Below are positions 14,419 to 23,217 of a DNA stretch of 24,000 bases, piece by piece; the first letter of the stretch is position 1, and every line of letters starts with the position of its first letter. The DNA is taken from positions 1-24,000 of the forward strand of contig NZ_WBZB01000052.1 of assembly GCF_009017255.1 (NCBI RefSeq), in the 5' to 3' direction. The notes beneath the pieces are model-generated. The model saw only the letters and a list, made by a program, of their open reading frames with translations, made no database searches and was not told the origin of the DNA. The translations under genes were made by a program, and so were the position numbers. Source of the DNA: Alkaliphilus serpentinus (GTDB taxonomy: Bacteria > Bacillota > Clostridia > Peptostreptococcales > Natronincolaceae).

Positions 14419-15834
14419 TTATTCTAAATCAAATATTTTACCTGGATTCATGATGTGGTTTGGATCCCATGCTTTTTTAATGGCCTTCATAAGGTTTAGC
14501 TCCACAGGATTGATTACTTCTTTTAAGTAATTTTTACGTTTTAAGCCTATACCATGCTCACCACTAATCTTTCCTCCAAGCTTTTTAGTTACCTCATAAA
14601 GTTCTCTAAGGGCTTTAGGTTCTATTTCATGCCAATGCTCCATTGTATGATTTGGATTTTTAACTAAGGTTGCATGGAGGTTACCATCACCAGCGTGACC
14701 ATAGCAAGGGATTTTTATATCATACTTTTCTGAGATTCTGTCTAACTCAGGAATGATATCTGGAATGGTTGCAATAGGTACAACTATATCCTCTAAGCTT
14801 TGAACAGGGCTTACAACCTTAAAGGCCTCTGCAATATTACGTCTTACACTCCATATTCTTTCTTGAGTGGTATAGTTATCTGCAACATAAACCTCAATAG
14901 CTCCATTATCCATACAAAGGTCCCCTATTGACTCAGTATCCTTCTCAACCTGCTCTGCATTGGTTCCGTCCACCTCTATTAACAGCATTGCGCCGCAATC
15001 CTGATAGGGAAGACTTTCATTTAAATATTCACAGGAGGTTTTAACCGATAACTTATCCATAAACTCAATTCCTGTTGGTATTAAACCCTTCGCCATAATT
15101 ACTGGAACACAATCGATGGCATCCTTAGGATTTTTGTATAGCACCAATAGGTTGGATTTAGCTGTTGGTAAACCCGTTAACTTTATAGTAGCCTTCGTTA
15201 CAATACCCAAGGTACCTTCAGACCCAACTATTAGCTGTTTCAGATCATATCCACTAACATCCTTCGATAGCTTGCCACCAAGCTCAACAATTTCACCGGT
15301 GGGGGTTACCAATTCCATACCCATAATGTACCGACCAGTAACTCCATACTTAACAGCTTTACCCCCTCCAGCATTTTCCGCAATATTGCCTCCTAGAAAA
15401 CAGGTTTCTAAGCTCATGGGATAGCCTGCATAGAATAATCCTCTATCCTTAATAAGGGCATTAACCTCATTGGTAACAATACCAGTCTCTAAAACCATCA
15501 TCATATTTCCATCATCTATTTCTAGCACCTTATTCATTTTTTCTATTGAAAGAAGGATTCCACCAAAGGTAGGTATTGCTCCCCCAGATAATCCACTACC
15601 TGCTCCCCTTGGAGTTATAGGTATCAGCTCTCTATTTGCCAGTTTAACGATTTTAGCAATTTCTTCAGTTGTTGAGGGTGTCACTACAACTTCGGGCATA
15701 TGACCATATTCTTCGGCTGATGTTTCATCATGAGAATAGGCTTCCATTTTTTCTTGGTCAGAAAAAACGTTTTTAGGGCCTAAAATTTCTACTAATTCAT
15801 CAACTATTTTTTTAGTCACGGGATTATATCTCAT
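14419..15834 (-). CDS. lctD: FAD-binding GlcD-type oxidoreductase; lactate dehydrogenase subunit of an Etf-coupled LDH
   Basis: 471 aa with a PCMH-type FAD-binding N-terminus (VVTPSTTEEIAKIVKLANRELIPITPRGAGSGLSGG) and a C-terminus ISGEHGIGLKR...DPNHIMNPGKIF. Its ATG abuts the etfA stop (TAAATG). Confidence 0.85.
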   Translation of the reverse strand: MRYNPVTKKIVDELVEILGPKNVFSDQEKMEAYSHDETSAEEYGHMPEVVVTPSTTEEIAKIVKLANRELIPITPRGAGSGLSGGAIPTFGGILLSIEKMNKVLEIDDGNMMMVLETGIVTNEVNALIKDRGLFYAGYPMSLETCFLGGNIAENAGGGKAVKYGVTGRYIMGMELVTPTGEIVELGGKLSKDVSGYDLKQLIVGSEGTLGIVTKATIKLTGLPTAKSNLLVLYKNPKDAIDCVPVIMAKGLIPTGIEFMDKLSVKTSCEYLNESLPYQDCGAMLLIEVDGTNAEQVEKDTESIGDLCMDNGAIEVYVADNYTTQERIWSVRRNIAEAFKVVSPVQSLEDIVVPIATIPDIIPELDRISEKYDIKIPCYGHAGDGNLHATLVKNPNHTMEHWHEIEPKALRELYEVTKKLGGKISGEHGIGLKRKNYLKEVINPVELNLMKAIKKAWDPNHIMNPGKIFDLE

Positions 15835-16836
15835 TTATTTTCCCTCCTTCTTATAATTTTCCAATCTTTGATTTAGCTTTGGAATTACCTCAAATAGGTT
15901 TCCTATAATACCAAAGTCTGCTAATTGAAAAATATTGGCATCGGGATCTGTATTTACTGCAATGATGGTTTCTGAGGTCTTTATACCAGCTAAATGCTGA
16001 ATTGACCCAGATATACCTGCACAAATATACAACTTTGGAGAAATGGTTTTACCGCTTAGTCCTATTTGATGGGGGTAGGGTAACCATCCTCTATCTACGG
16101 CATCTCTACTGGCACCTACTACGCCATCAAAACGTTTAGCCAGCTCTTTTAGCATACCAAAATTCTCTTGCTTTTTCATACCCTTACCGCCAGCAACTAC
16201 AACCTCAGCCTCTTCGATATTTACAAATTCCTCTAAGTCCTTTCTAAAGCCAATCATTTCAACACGATTATCTACCAGCTCATCCTTTAGACTCAATCTA
16301 ATGATTTTACCTACTCTACCGGTATCTTCAGGGAGAGGTCTACTGGATTTCGGTCTAACGGTAGCCATTTGTGGGTCATGGTTGGGTGTCTTTATAGTAG
16401 CCATTATGTTTCCACCTATGGCAGGTCTTGTTTGTAACAAGTGCTTGGTTCCTTCTTCGATATCTAATTCTGTACAATCGGCAGTTAATCCAGTGTTAAC
16501 CTGAATCGCTACATAAGGCATTAAGCTTCGACCACTGGAGGTGGCTGCAGCCAGTATTGTATGAGGTTTGTATTCTCTGATTAAATCAGAAAGAACATTA
16601 CTGTGGGTTTCAACTATAAAATTTTCTAATCTTGGATCATCGATAAAATAAACGTTATCGGCTCCTCTATAGATCAATTCTTGAAGGGCTTCATCACTTA
16701 CATTGCTGCCTAGTAACACTGAGCATAGCTGAGTATTCATCTTATCAGCCAGCTTTCTACCTCTACTTAAAAGCTCAAAGGATACACCCCTGAGTTTACC
16801 CTTACTTTGCTCTGCAATAGTCCAAACGTAACTCAT
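15835..16836 (-). CDS. etfA: Electron transfer flavoprotein alpha subunit
   Basis: 333 aa. The C-terminal FAD-binding region (PKLYICAGISGSIQHLAGIKTSETIIAVNTDPDANIF) is typical of EtfA. Confidence 0.9.
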   Translation of the reverse strand: MSYVWTIAEQSKGKLRGVSFELLSRGRKLADKMNTQLCSVLLGSNVSDEALQELIYRGADNVYFIDDPRLENFIVETHSNVLSDLIREYKPHTILAAATSSGRSLMPYVAIQVNTGLTADCTELDIEEGTKHLLQTRPAIGGNIMATIKTPNHDPQMATVRPKSSRPLPEDTGRVGKIIRLSLKDELVDNRVEMIGFRKDLEEFVNIEEAEVVVAGGKGMKKQENFGMLKELAKRFDGVVGASRDAVDRGWLPYPHQIGLSGKTISPKLYICAGISGSIQHLAGIKTSETIIAVNTDPDANIFQLADFGIIGNLFEVIPKLNQRLENYKKEGK

Positions 16837-16848
16837 CTAGATCCCTCC

Positions 16849-17652
16849 CTATATCAATTCTTTTTCTTCTAAAAATTTAATTAACTCATCAATGGCTGCA
16901 TTAATTCCCTCTTCACCATTAGCACTTACCATTTTTCCGCCCCTTGTAACCTTAGGGTAATCAATCTTTACAACCTTAGTTGGAGAACCCTTTAATCCTA
17001 AGGATCCTTCATTTAAGTTCATATTCTCAGTAGAAAAAACAGGAATTTCTGTAGCTCGCGCCTTCTTCTTACCCCTTAGGGTTGGAAGTCTAGGATCACT
17101 AACCTCCTTAACCACTGTTAAAAGGGTAGGTAGGGGCATTTTTAATATTTGATAACCCTCCTCCACCAGACGCTCAACGGTTATATGGGTATTGGTAACC
17201 TCATCCACATGGCTTACATAGGTTGCCAGGGGAATATTTAACCATGCTGCAATACCAGGTCCTACCTGGCCGGTATCTCCGTCAGTTGCCCGTTCACCAG
17301 CTAGTACTAAATCAAAGCTACCCATATTCTTAATAGCTTCTGATAATGTATATGAAGTTGCCCAAGTATCAGCTCCGGCAAATTTTCTATCTGTAATCAG
17401 TATTCCATCATCACAGCCCATTGCGATTGCTTCTCTAAGTGCTTTTTGTGCAGATGGAGGGCCCATAGTGCAAACAGTAACCTTCCCACCATGGATTTCC
17501 TTTAATTGAATCCCTAACTCAATAGCATATAGATCTAGAGGATTGATAACACTTTCAACTCCGTCACGAATCATCGTTCCTGTTTCTTTATCCATCTTAA
17601 CGTTACTGGTTTCTGGAACTTGCTTTATTGGAATAATTATGTTCAATTTCAT
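16849..17652 (-). CDS. etfB: Electron transfer flavoprotein beta subunit (bifurcating-type signature)
   Basis: 267 aa with MKLNIIIPIKQVPE.... It contains ATDGDTGQVGP, the motif associated with the second FAD site of bifurcating Etfs. Confidence 0.88.
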   Translation of the reverse strand: MKLNIIIPIKQVPETSNVKMDKETGTMIRDGVESVINPLDLYAIELGIQLKEIHGGKVTVCTMGPPSAQKALREAIAMGCDDGILITDRKFAGADTWATSYTLSEAIKNMGSFDLVLAGERATDGDTGQVGPGIAAWLNIPLATYVSHVDEVTNTHITVERLVEEGYQILKMPLPTLLTVVKEVSDPRLPTLRGKKKARATEIPVFSTENMNLNEGSLGLKGSPTKVVKIDYPKVTRGGKMVSANGEEGINAAIDELIKFLEEKELI

Positions 17653-17714
17653 TCCCTCCTATTTTTTTATTTCTGTACACAGGTAATAATTGTAAATCAT
17701 TAACAAATGGATAT

Positions 17715-17750
17715 CAATGCAGGATAACTCAAATAATCTATCCTGCATTG
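17715..17750 (-). other. Perfect 12-bp hairpin directly after the regulator gene stop; partial terminator/attenuator or protein-binding palindrome
   Basis: CAATGCAGGATA (17715-17726) / TATCCTGCATTG (17739-17750) with a 12-nt loop. It lies 5 nt downstream of the stop at 17756-17758 and has only a weak U-tract on the minus strand. Confidence 0.45.
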
Positions 17751-17755
17751 AATGA

Positions 17756-18460
17756 TTAATCTTGATGGTTGGTTAATTCTCGTTCAACAAAATCTAGATG
17801 ATTAAACATGGCTTTCTTTGCCAAGGATGGATTTCCATCTTTAATAGCAACATAAATATCGTAATGCTGCTGAAATAATTTTTCTGGGTTGCCTTTTTTG
17901 CTATAGAGATATTGTCTACTGGTACGCATATTTTGTACCACCAAATCCGAGATCATATTCATTAGCTTTACTAGTGTTTTATTCTTAGTTGCTTCAGCAA
18001 TAGCATAATGGAACATTGCATCGTTCTCTTCCCCCAAGATTTTTTTCTCCAAATCTACTTCCATTAATTCTATTGCTTTGCTAATTTTACTTAAATCATC
18101 ATCATCCGATCGCATAGCTGCCAGCTCTGCCGCCTGGGCCTCCATAATTTTTCTAACCTCCAGCAGCTCAATGCTGGCCTCTCTATCTAACATCATAAAT
18201 AGGGCTAGAGGTTCTATTAATGATTGCTGAGATACTTCTGAAATAAAGGTTCCGTCGCCCTGCTTACTCTCCAGTACCCCAAGGAAATCCAATGCGCTCA
18301 GGGCCTCCCGTACTGAAGTGCGGCTAACCTTAAGCTTGTCAGCCAGTTCCTTTTCTGACATAAGCTTATCTCCAGGTTTTAGTTCCCCCTGCCTCATTAA
18401 TTGATTTATTTGATCTACAATTTGTTGGTAGACCCTTTTGGTTTTTATAGGCTTAAACAT
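17756..18460 (-). CDS. GntR-family, FadR-subfamily (FCD domain) transcriptional regulator, LldR/PdhR-like
   Basis: N-terminal winged HTH (GDKLMSEKELADKLKVSRTSVREALSALDFLGVLESKQGDGTFI) and an all-helical C-terminal FCD-like domain, located within the lactate cluster. Confidence 0.88.
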   Translation of the reverse strand: MFKPIKTKRVYQQIVDQINQLMRQGELKPGDKLMSEKELADKLKVSRTSVREALSALDFLGVLESKQGDGTFISEVSQQSLIEPLALFMMLDREASIELLEVRKIMEAQAAELAAMRSDDDDLSKISKAIELMEVDLEKKILGEENDAMFHYAIAEATKNKTLVKLMNMISDLVVQNMRTSRQYLYSKKGNPEKLFQQHYDIYVAIKDGNPSLAKKAMFNHLDFVERELTNHQD

Positions 18461-18502
18461 CTCTCCATCTCCTAGAATCCTCTAACCTATTGGATTTTTG
18501 TT

Positions 18503-20185
18503 TTAGAATAATCCTGGCACTAGAGCCATTGAAATGTATGCAACGATACCTACCACGATTGCATAGGCAAAGGCAGGAATTGCATTGGTACGAATAACAC
18601 GTCCTTCCTTACCTAGTACACCAACTGTTGTACAGGCTGCAACTACGTTATGGACACAAATCATGTTACCTGCGGCACCACCAACAACCTGAAGACCTAA
18701 GATTACAAGCCTTGACATACCGATTTGATCTGCAACTCCATACTGGAAGCCAGAGAATAGTATGTTAGAGGTTGTGTTACTACCTGACATAAAGGCTCCT
18801 AGTATACCTATGAATGGAGCAAAAATAGGCCATACTCCACGGAATATATCCGCAGCTGCCTTAGAAAGGGCAACCATCATACCTACCTCACCAGAGCTAT
18901 TGTTTCCGGAGTTAAGCATAACTTGTACCATTGCTATTGCAAAACCAAGTGCAATTGCTGCTGGAATAACCTGCTTAATAGAAAGCTTCCAGGTTGCTTT
19001 GACTTTTTCTCCACTCATCTTGTGCATAAAGGCTGTTAGGATGGCTACAAGGATGAAGGGAACTGTTCCAGGTAAATATAAATATTGAAGGGCATAATTT
19101 AATTTCGTACCCAATATACCCTTTATAGATAAAGTAAAGGTAGAACTAGTTAATATTGGCTTCAATCCAAGTTCTGGTATTCTTGTAACAACCAGTATTA
19201 CAGATACCAAAATATATGGAAGCCAAGCCATAAAGGGGCTGATTTCCTTTTCTGTAGTTTCAGAAGTTGCTGCTACTTCTTCAATACCTACCCATGAGCT
19301 ATCCCATTTTGACTTATTGGCAAAGTCCCAAGGGGTTTTAGGCTGTAGAAAGCCCTTCTTTGTAGCTGTAACTACTATAGCTATGGCAATTAAACCACTG
19401 GCTAATGAAGGCAATTCTGGTCCTATAAATCTGGCAATTAGCAAATATGGAACCGTAAAGGATAAACCAGCAAAGATTGCAAATGGAGCTACTTCAAATC
19501 CTTCCTTAAAGGATTTCTTCTCGCCAAATAGCTTAGTCATCATACAGACGATAATCAGAGGTAAAAATATTCCCATTACAGCATGGGGTATAGAAGCCCA
19601 AATACCAACATTTTGCAAGAAAGTATCTCTCGTAAAGCCTGCACCTTCGATCTGAGCCATGATTTCTGGTGTTCCCAGAATGGAGGATACTCCACCTAGA
19701 ATTGGGGTACCAACGGCACCAAAGCTTACAGGAGTACTGTTACCCACTAAAGCCAGCATAGCTGCTGCAAGGGGCGGGAAGCCTAATCCAACCATTAATG
19801 GTCCTGCTAAAGCTGCAGGAGTTCCGAATCCAGCTGCCCCCTCGATGAAGGCCCCAAATAGGAAGGCAATTATAATTGCTTGAACTCTTCTATCTGGACT
19901 AATTCCATAGAAGGTTTTGTTGATGGCCTTGATTGCACCACTATTCTTTAAAGTATTCATTAATAGGATTGCACCAAAAACGATAATTAGAATATTAAAC
20001 GCACTTAGTCCACCAAAAACTGTAGCTCCAGCCAGCCATTGGAAAGGCATTTTCCAAACAAAGGCTGCTAAAATTGCTGCCAAAATCCAAGCTAAAGGCA
20101 TAACCTTCTTAGCTGGCCAGTTGAAGGCAACCATTAGAACCACCGTTAAAACAATAGGTAAAGAAGCTAACAATGCTAATAACAT
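18503..20185 (-). CDS. lctP: L-lactate permease (LctP family)
   Basis: 560-aa polytopic protein. ...[27 protein letters not shown]... and ...[12 protein letters not shown]... are typical of LctP/LldP. RBS AAGGAGG lies 9 nt upstream. Confidence 0.9.
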   Translation of the reverse strand: MLLALLASLPIVLTVVLMVAFNWPAKKVMPLAWILAAILAAFVWKMPFQWLAGATVFGGLSAFNILIIVFGAILLMNTLKNSGAIKAINKTFYGISPDRRVQAIIIAFLFGAFIEGAAGFGTPAALAGPLMVGLGFPPLAAAMLALVGNSTPVSFGAVGTPILGGVSSILGTPEIMAQIEGAGFTRDTFLQNVGIWASIPHAVMGIFLPLIIVCMMTKLFGEKKSFKEGFEVAPFAIFAGLSFTVPYLLIARFIGPELPSLASGLIAIAIVVTATKKGFLQPKTPWDFANKSKWDSSWVGIEEVAATSETTEKEISPFMAWLPYILVSVILVVTRIPELGLKPILTSSTFTLSIKGILGTKLNYALQYLYLPGTVPFILVAILTAFMHKMSGEKVKATWKLSIKQVIPAAIALGFAIAMVQVMLNSGNNSSGEVGMMVALSKAAADIFRGVWPIFAPFIGILGAFMSGSNTTSNILFSGFQYGVADQIGMSRLVILGLQVVGGAAGNMICVHNVVAACTTVGVLGKEGRVIRTNAIPAFAYAIVVGIVAYISMALVPGLF

Positions 20186-20293
20186 TAAATAAAACCTCCT
20201 TATAATTTTTCCGAAAACGTTTTCAAGCTGATCACGATGTCAGATTGATCTCATCAACCCTCCCTTCAAAAATATGGTCACCCACTCATCGGG

Positions 20294-20304
20294 TGGTCTT
20301 ACCA
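20294..20304. promoter_or_regulatory. Candidate FadR-subfamily GntR operator TGGTCTTACCA (TGGTnnnACCA)
   Basis: Perfect palindrome matching the LldR/PdhR-type half sites, about 110 nt upstream of the lctP start codon in the lctP/MCP divergent region. Confidence 0.5.
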
Positions 20305-20615
20305 AATAAATATTCAATATTTTTATATTAATTCCTTCTTTTTTCTGAAAATTTCTAAAGTTTTTTATTGTTATTTTTTTAACTTTTAATCTCCTGTAAA
20401 TGTTGGCATTCCGTTGTTCTATTGGTGCAAATCTCCACATAACCTAGAAGCTAGTGGTTATTTATTTAACTAATAGTGTGCAATTTAAAATTCATTTATC
20501 TGAATTTTTAAATTTCAACAGTTATCTAGCAGGGAAAACCAATAATATGTTGAATATAATAAACCAATTTATGCTAAATAAATTTATAGCAAATATATAA
20601 GAAGGGGGTAGTTTT

Positions 20616-21467
20616 ATGTCTTTAGTAAGTACTGTTTTCGCCCAACGATTGGTAGAATTAATTAACAAGGAGACTCAACAAAATGCACACTTTTTCGGCG
20701 ATGGAGGTGTGATTATAGCCACAACTCAACCAGAACGTCTGGGGACAGTCCACCAGGGGGCTAAAGACATCATGGCAGGAAAGCTTGATTATATCGCAAT
20801 AACCGAGGAAATGACTAAGACTATGAGTGGTACAAGACCTGGATTTAGCATAGGAATAGACACCAATGGAAGAAGAATTGGTGCTATAGGAATATCTGGA
20901 GAGCCCCAACAAATGAAGCCCATTGCTTTACTGGCAAGCAATCTAATAGCGTTAGAGTATGAGCGTGTGGAATTTCTTACTCGAATGAATTCAATGGCAG
21001 AGGATATAAATGAAAGTATACAAGAATCATCAGCCGGTCTTCAGGAGCTTTCAGCCACCACCGATCATCAAGCAGAAGCCATTATGGAATTAAACTCAAT
21101 GATTAAAGCCACGAAGGAACAGGTTCTTGAAACCAACAAAATAATCGATTTGATTCACTCCATATCAAAGCAAACCAATATTTTGGGAATCAATGCCTCT
21201 ATAGAAGCCGCAAGAATTGGTGCTGAAGGCAAGGGCTTTAATATAGTTGCCAACGAAGTGCGAAAGCTTGCTGAAAGCACTGCCACCTCTGTAAATCAAA
21301 TCAGTAGGGTATTAAAAAATATTCAAGATATGATTACCACTGCATCTGACCAGATTGAAAGCTATACCCATTCTTCTAAGGAGCAACTTTCTGTAGTTCA
21401 TACCCTTACGAAGGAATTAGAAAATATCGCAATATCCGTTGATGATTTTACTCAAAAATTAAAATAA
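20616..21467 (+). CDS. Soluble fusion of a CdaR-type sugar-diacid recognition domain and a short methyl-accepting chemotaxis signalling (MA) domain
   Basis: The N-terminus (FAQRLVELINKETQQNAHFFGDGGVIIATTQPERLGTVHQGA...GIDTNGRRIGAIGISGEP) resembles Diacid_rec. The C-terminus has the MCP hairpin-tip motif NILGINASIEAARIGAEGKGFNIVANEVRKLAEST. No TM or HAMP region. Confidence 0.75.
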   Translation: MSLVSTVFAQRLVELINKETQQNAHFFGDGGVIIATTQPERLGTVHQGAKDIMAGKLDYIAITEEMTKTMSGTRPGFSIGIDTNGRRIGAIGISGEPQQMKPIALLASNLIALEYERVEFLTRMNSMAEDINESIQESSAGLQELSATTDHQAEAIMELNSMIKATKEQVLETNKIIDLIHSISKQTNILGINASIEAARIGAEGKGFNIVANEVRKLAESTATSVNQISRVLKNIQDMITTASDQIESYTHSSKEQLSVVHTLTKELENIAISVDDFTQKLK

Positions 21468-21468
21468 A

Positions 21469-21496
21469 AGAAGGAGGTGCCCAGGCACCTCCTTCT
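21469..21496. terminator. Strong GC-rich hairpin between convergent genes; good terminator for the minus strand (ftsEX), weaker for the plus strand
   Basis: 12-bp perfect stem AGAAGGAGGTGC/GCACCTCCTTCT with loop CCAG. The minus strand follows it with TTTTATTTT; the plus strand has no U-tract. Confidence 0.7.
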
Positions 21497-21600
21497 AGAT
21501 TGAAGACAAAGTATTCAAGATGTAGACTGATCAAAAGCCCTTAGTTTCGAGACGCAAATTTCATCATATTTTTTCCATTGAAGAAATCAATTAAGAATCT

Positions 21601-22527
21601 TTATTTTTTTTGCTCCATGGCTTTGATGACTTTGATTTTTCCTTTTTTACTACTATTTATGAGACCTAAGAAGCTACCAGCAATACCTAAGGTTCCACTG
21701 AAGAGGATCAACATCAAAACTAAACCCTTAATTAAACCATTTATTGGTGGCATAGGGATAAAGGGTAGGGGCCCCTGAATTTGAGAATATAGTGCCATTA
21801 AAGCAAAGGAGGTCATGACGGCAGCCAACAATCCCCCCGCTAGATTTAATAACAAACCCTCCAAAATAAAGGGCATAGCTATAAAGCCTTCTGGAGCACC
21901 AAGAAGCCTAAGGGTGTTGATTTCCTCTTTATTATTGTATACCCCCTGTCTAATAATATGAGCTATAGCAACTAATGTAGCGACTCCAACGGCAACCACA
22001 ACAAGAAGTCCAATCCTCTTAATAAGACCCCCCATCTCCCTTAGCCTTATAAGAATCTCTCGATTATCTCTAATATTCTCAATCTCTGGTATGCTTTCCA
22101 GAGTACTAATAACAGCATCTATTTCATGAATATCGATTTTTACCTCAACAAAAGAGTTAAAAGGGTTATCGTCAAAATGCTTTAAAACTTCCGCATCCTT
22201 ACCTAAAATATCCACCATTCTATTATAGGCTTCATCAGCATTGATTAATAGGGCTGTTTCCACCCCATCGACGGTCATGACTCTATTAACTAACTCCTCA
22301 ATTTCTTCATCCTGTAGATCCTCATGATAATAAAAATTGATTTCTGCCTCTCCTTGGATTACCTCTACAACATCATTACTTATCCACCAGCCTGCAATCA
22401 TCATTGCCAAAATAAAAAACATTAGGGATGTGCTTACTAGAGACAAAAGATTTGACAGAGGGTTAAGCCTTAATATAGTTCCTACTTCCTTTAAGAAGTA
22501 CCCGATATTTTTGAAAAAGTATTTCAT
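21601..22527 (-). CDS. ftsX: Cell-division ABC transporter permease-like protein FtsX
   Basis: 308 aa with topology TM1, a large extracellular loop, then 3 TM. Begins MKYFFKNIGYFLKEV. Start set at ATG 22527, which forms an ATGA overlap with the ftsE stop. Confidence 0.85.
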   Translation of the reverse strand: MKYFFKNIGYFLKEVGTILRLNPLSNLLSLVSTSLMFFILAMMIAGWWISNDVVEVIQGEAEINFYYHEDLQDEEIEELVNRVMTVDGVETALLINADEAYNRMVDILGKDAEVLKHFDDNPFNSFVEVKIDIHEIDAVISTLESIPEIENIRDNREILIRLREMGGLIKRIGLLVVVAVGVATLVAIAHIIRQGVYNNKEEINTLRLLGAPEGFIAMPFILEGLLLNLAGGLLAAVMTSFALMALYSQIQGPLPFIPMPPINGLIKGLVLMLILFSGTLGIAGSFLGLINSSKKGKIKVIKAMEQKK

Positions 22528-23201
22528 ACTCCTTCCACCCAACCCTTCTCCATTAGATTCCCTGCCTCCATTACAATGTGTCTACAATCAAGAAAATCTT
22601 CTATTAGATGAGTAGCATGGGTAGTAATGATAATAGCGGTTTCATCTGAGCTAAAGGAGGACAAAAGCTCCAGCATTTTTACAGCATTCTCCTTATCTAA
22701 ATTTCCAGTTGGTTCATCTGCCAATATCAACGAAGGTTTTCTTACCACCGCTCTTGCAATGGCCACCCTTTGAGATTCTCCCCAAGATAAATTTTCCACC
22801 ATAGAGTTAACCTTGTGATTTAGTCCTACCCTAGCTAAGGCATCATGGGCCATTTCTTCCATACTTCTTGTGGAAAACCTCAAAAACCGCATGCCCATTA
22901 GAACATTTTCCAATGCCGTTCGACCTTTAATTAGCCTAAAATCTTGAAAAATAGGACCCATCATGGTTCTTATCTTCTGAATATCCTTAGAGCTGCATTG
23001 GGAAATTGATTCGCCAAGTATATTTAATGTTCCCTTAGTGGGGGCCTCAATCCCCATAAATAACTTTAATAAGCTGGTTTTTCCCGACCCACTGGCCCCT
23101 GTAATATAAAGGATATTCCCAGGGCTTATCCTCAAATTTATATTTTTTAAGGCCTCTGTACCATCGGGATATCTCAGAAAAACATTTTTTGCTTCTATCA
23201 T
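22524..23201 (-). CDS. ftsE: Cell-division ATP-binding protein FtsE (ABC ATPase)
   Basis: Walker A GASGSGKTS, signature LSWGESQR, Walker B LILADEPTGNLD. RBS GGAGGTG. Adjacent to ftsX. Confidence 0.9.
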   Translation of the reverse strand: MIEAKNVFLRYPDGTEALKNINLRISPGNILYITGASGSGKTSLLKLFMGIEAPTKGTLNILGESISQCSSKDIQKIRTMMGPIFQDFRLIKGRTALENVLMGMRFLRFSTRSMEEMAHDALARVGLNHKVNSMVENLSWGESQRVAIARAVVRKPSLILADEPTGNLDKENAVKMLELLSSFSSDETAIIITTHATHLIEDFLDCRHIVMEAGNLMEKGWVEGV

Positions 23202-23217
23202 ATCGTCACCTCCAACT

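Noticed and set aside
20240-20440. 66-aa ORF in the lctP upstream region
   Set aside because: It has no RBS and a Lys/Ile/Asn-rich composition that reflects AT-rich intergenic DNA. It overlaps the candidate operator and promoter region.
20487-20508. 8-bp inverted repeat AAAATTCA-N6-TGAATTTT upstream of the MCP-like gene as an operator
   Set aside because: It is a pure A/T-rich palindrome in very AT-rich DNA, so chance occurrence is plausible. It matches no known motif.
22540-22542. TTG 22542 as the ftsX start (ORF-track call)
   Set aside because: ATG 22527 forms the classic ATGA stop/start overlap with ftsE and yields the conserved MKYF... FtsX N-terminus.
240-22615. Short or antisense ORFs in the track: 240-422, 602-850, 905-1195, 1316-1573, 1512-1730, 3051-3263, 8601-8852, 9026-9325, 10184-10372, 10349-10561, 11569-11757, 14036-14245, 15116-15424, 15470-15703, 16301-16504, 18762-19088, 19317-19655, 19659-19883, 19917-20192, 20658-20912, 21578-21778, 22337-22615
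   Set aside because: Most lie inside or opposite clearly homologous longer genes; 10184-10372 and 10349-10561 also run into the 10310-10407 intergenic gap. They lack RBSs and have low-complexity or shadow-frame composition typical of antisense ORFs in AT-rich DNA.
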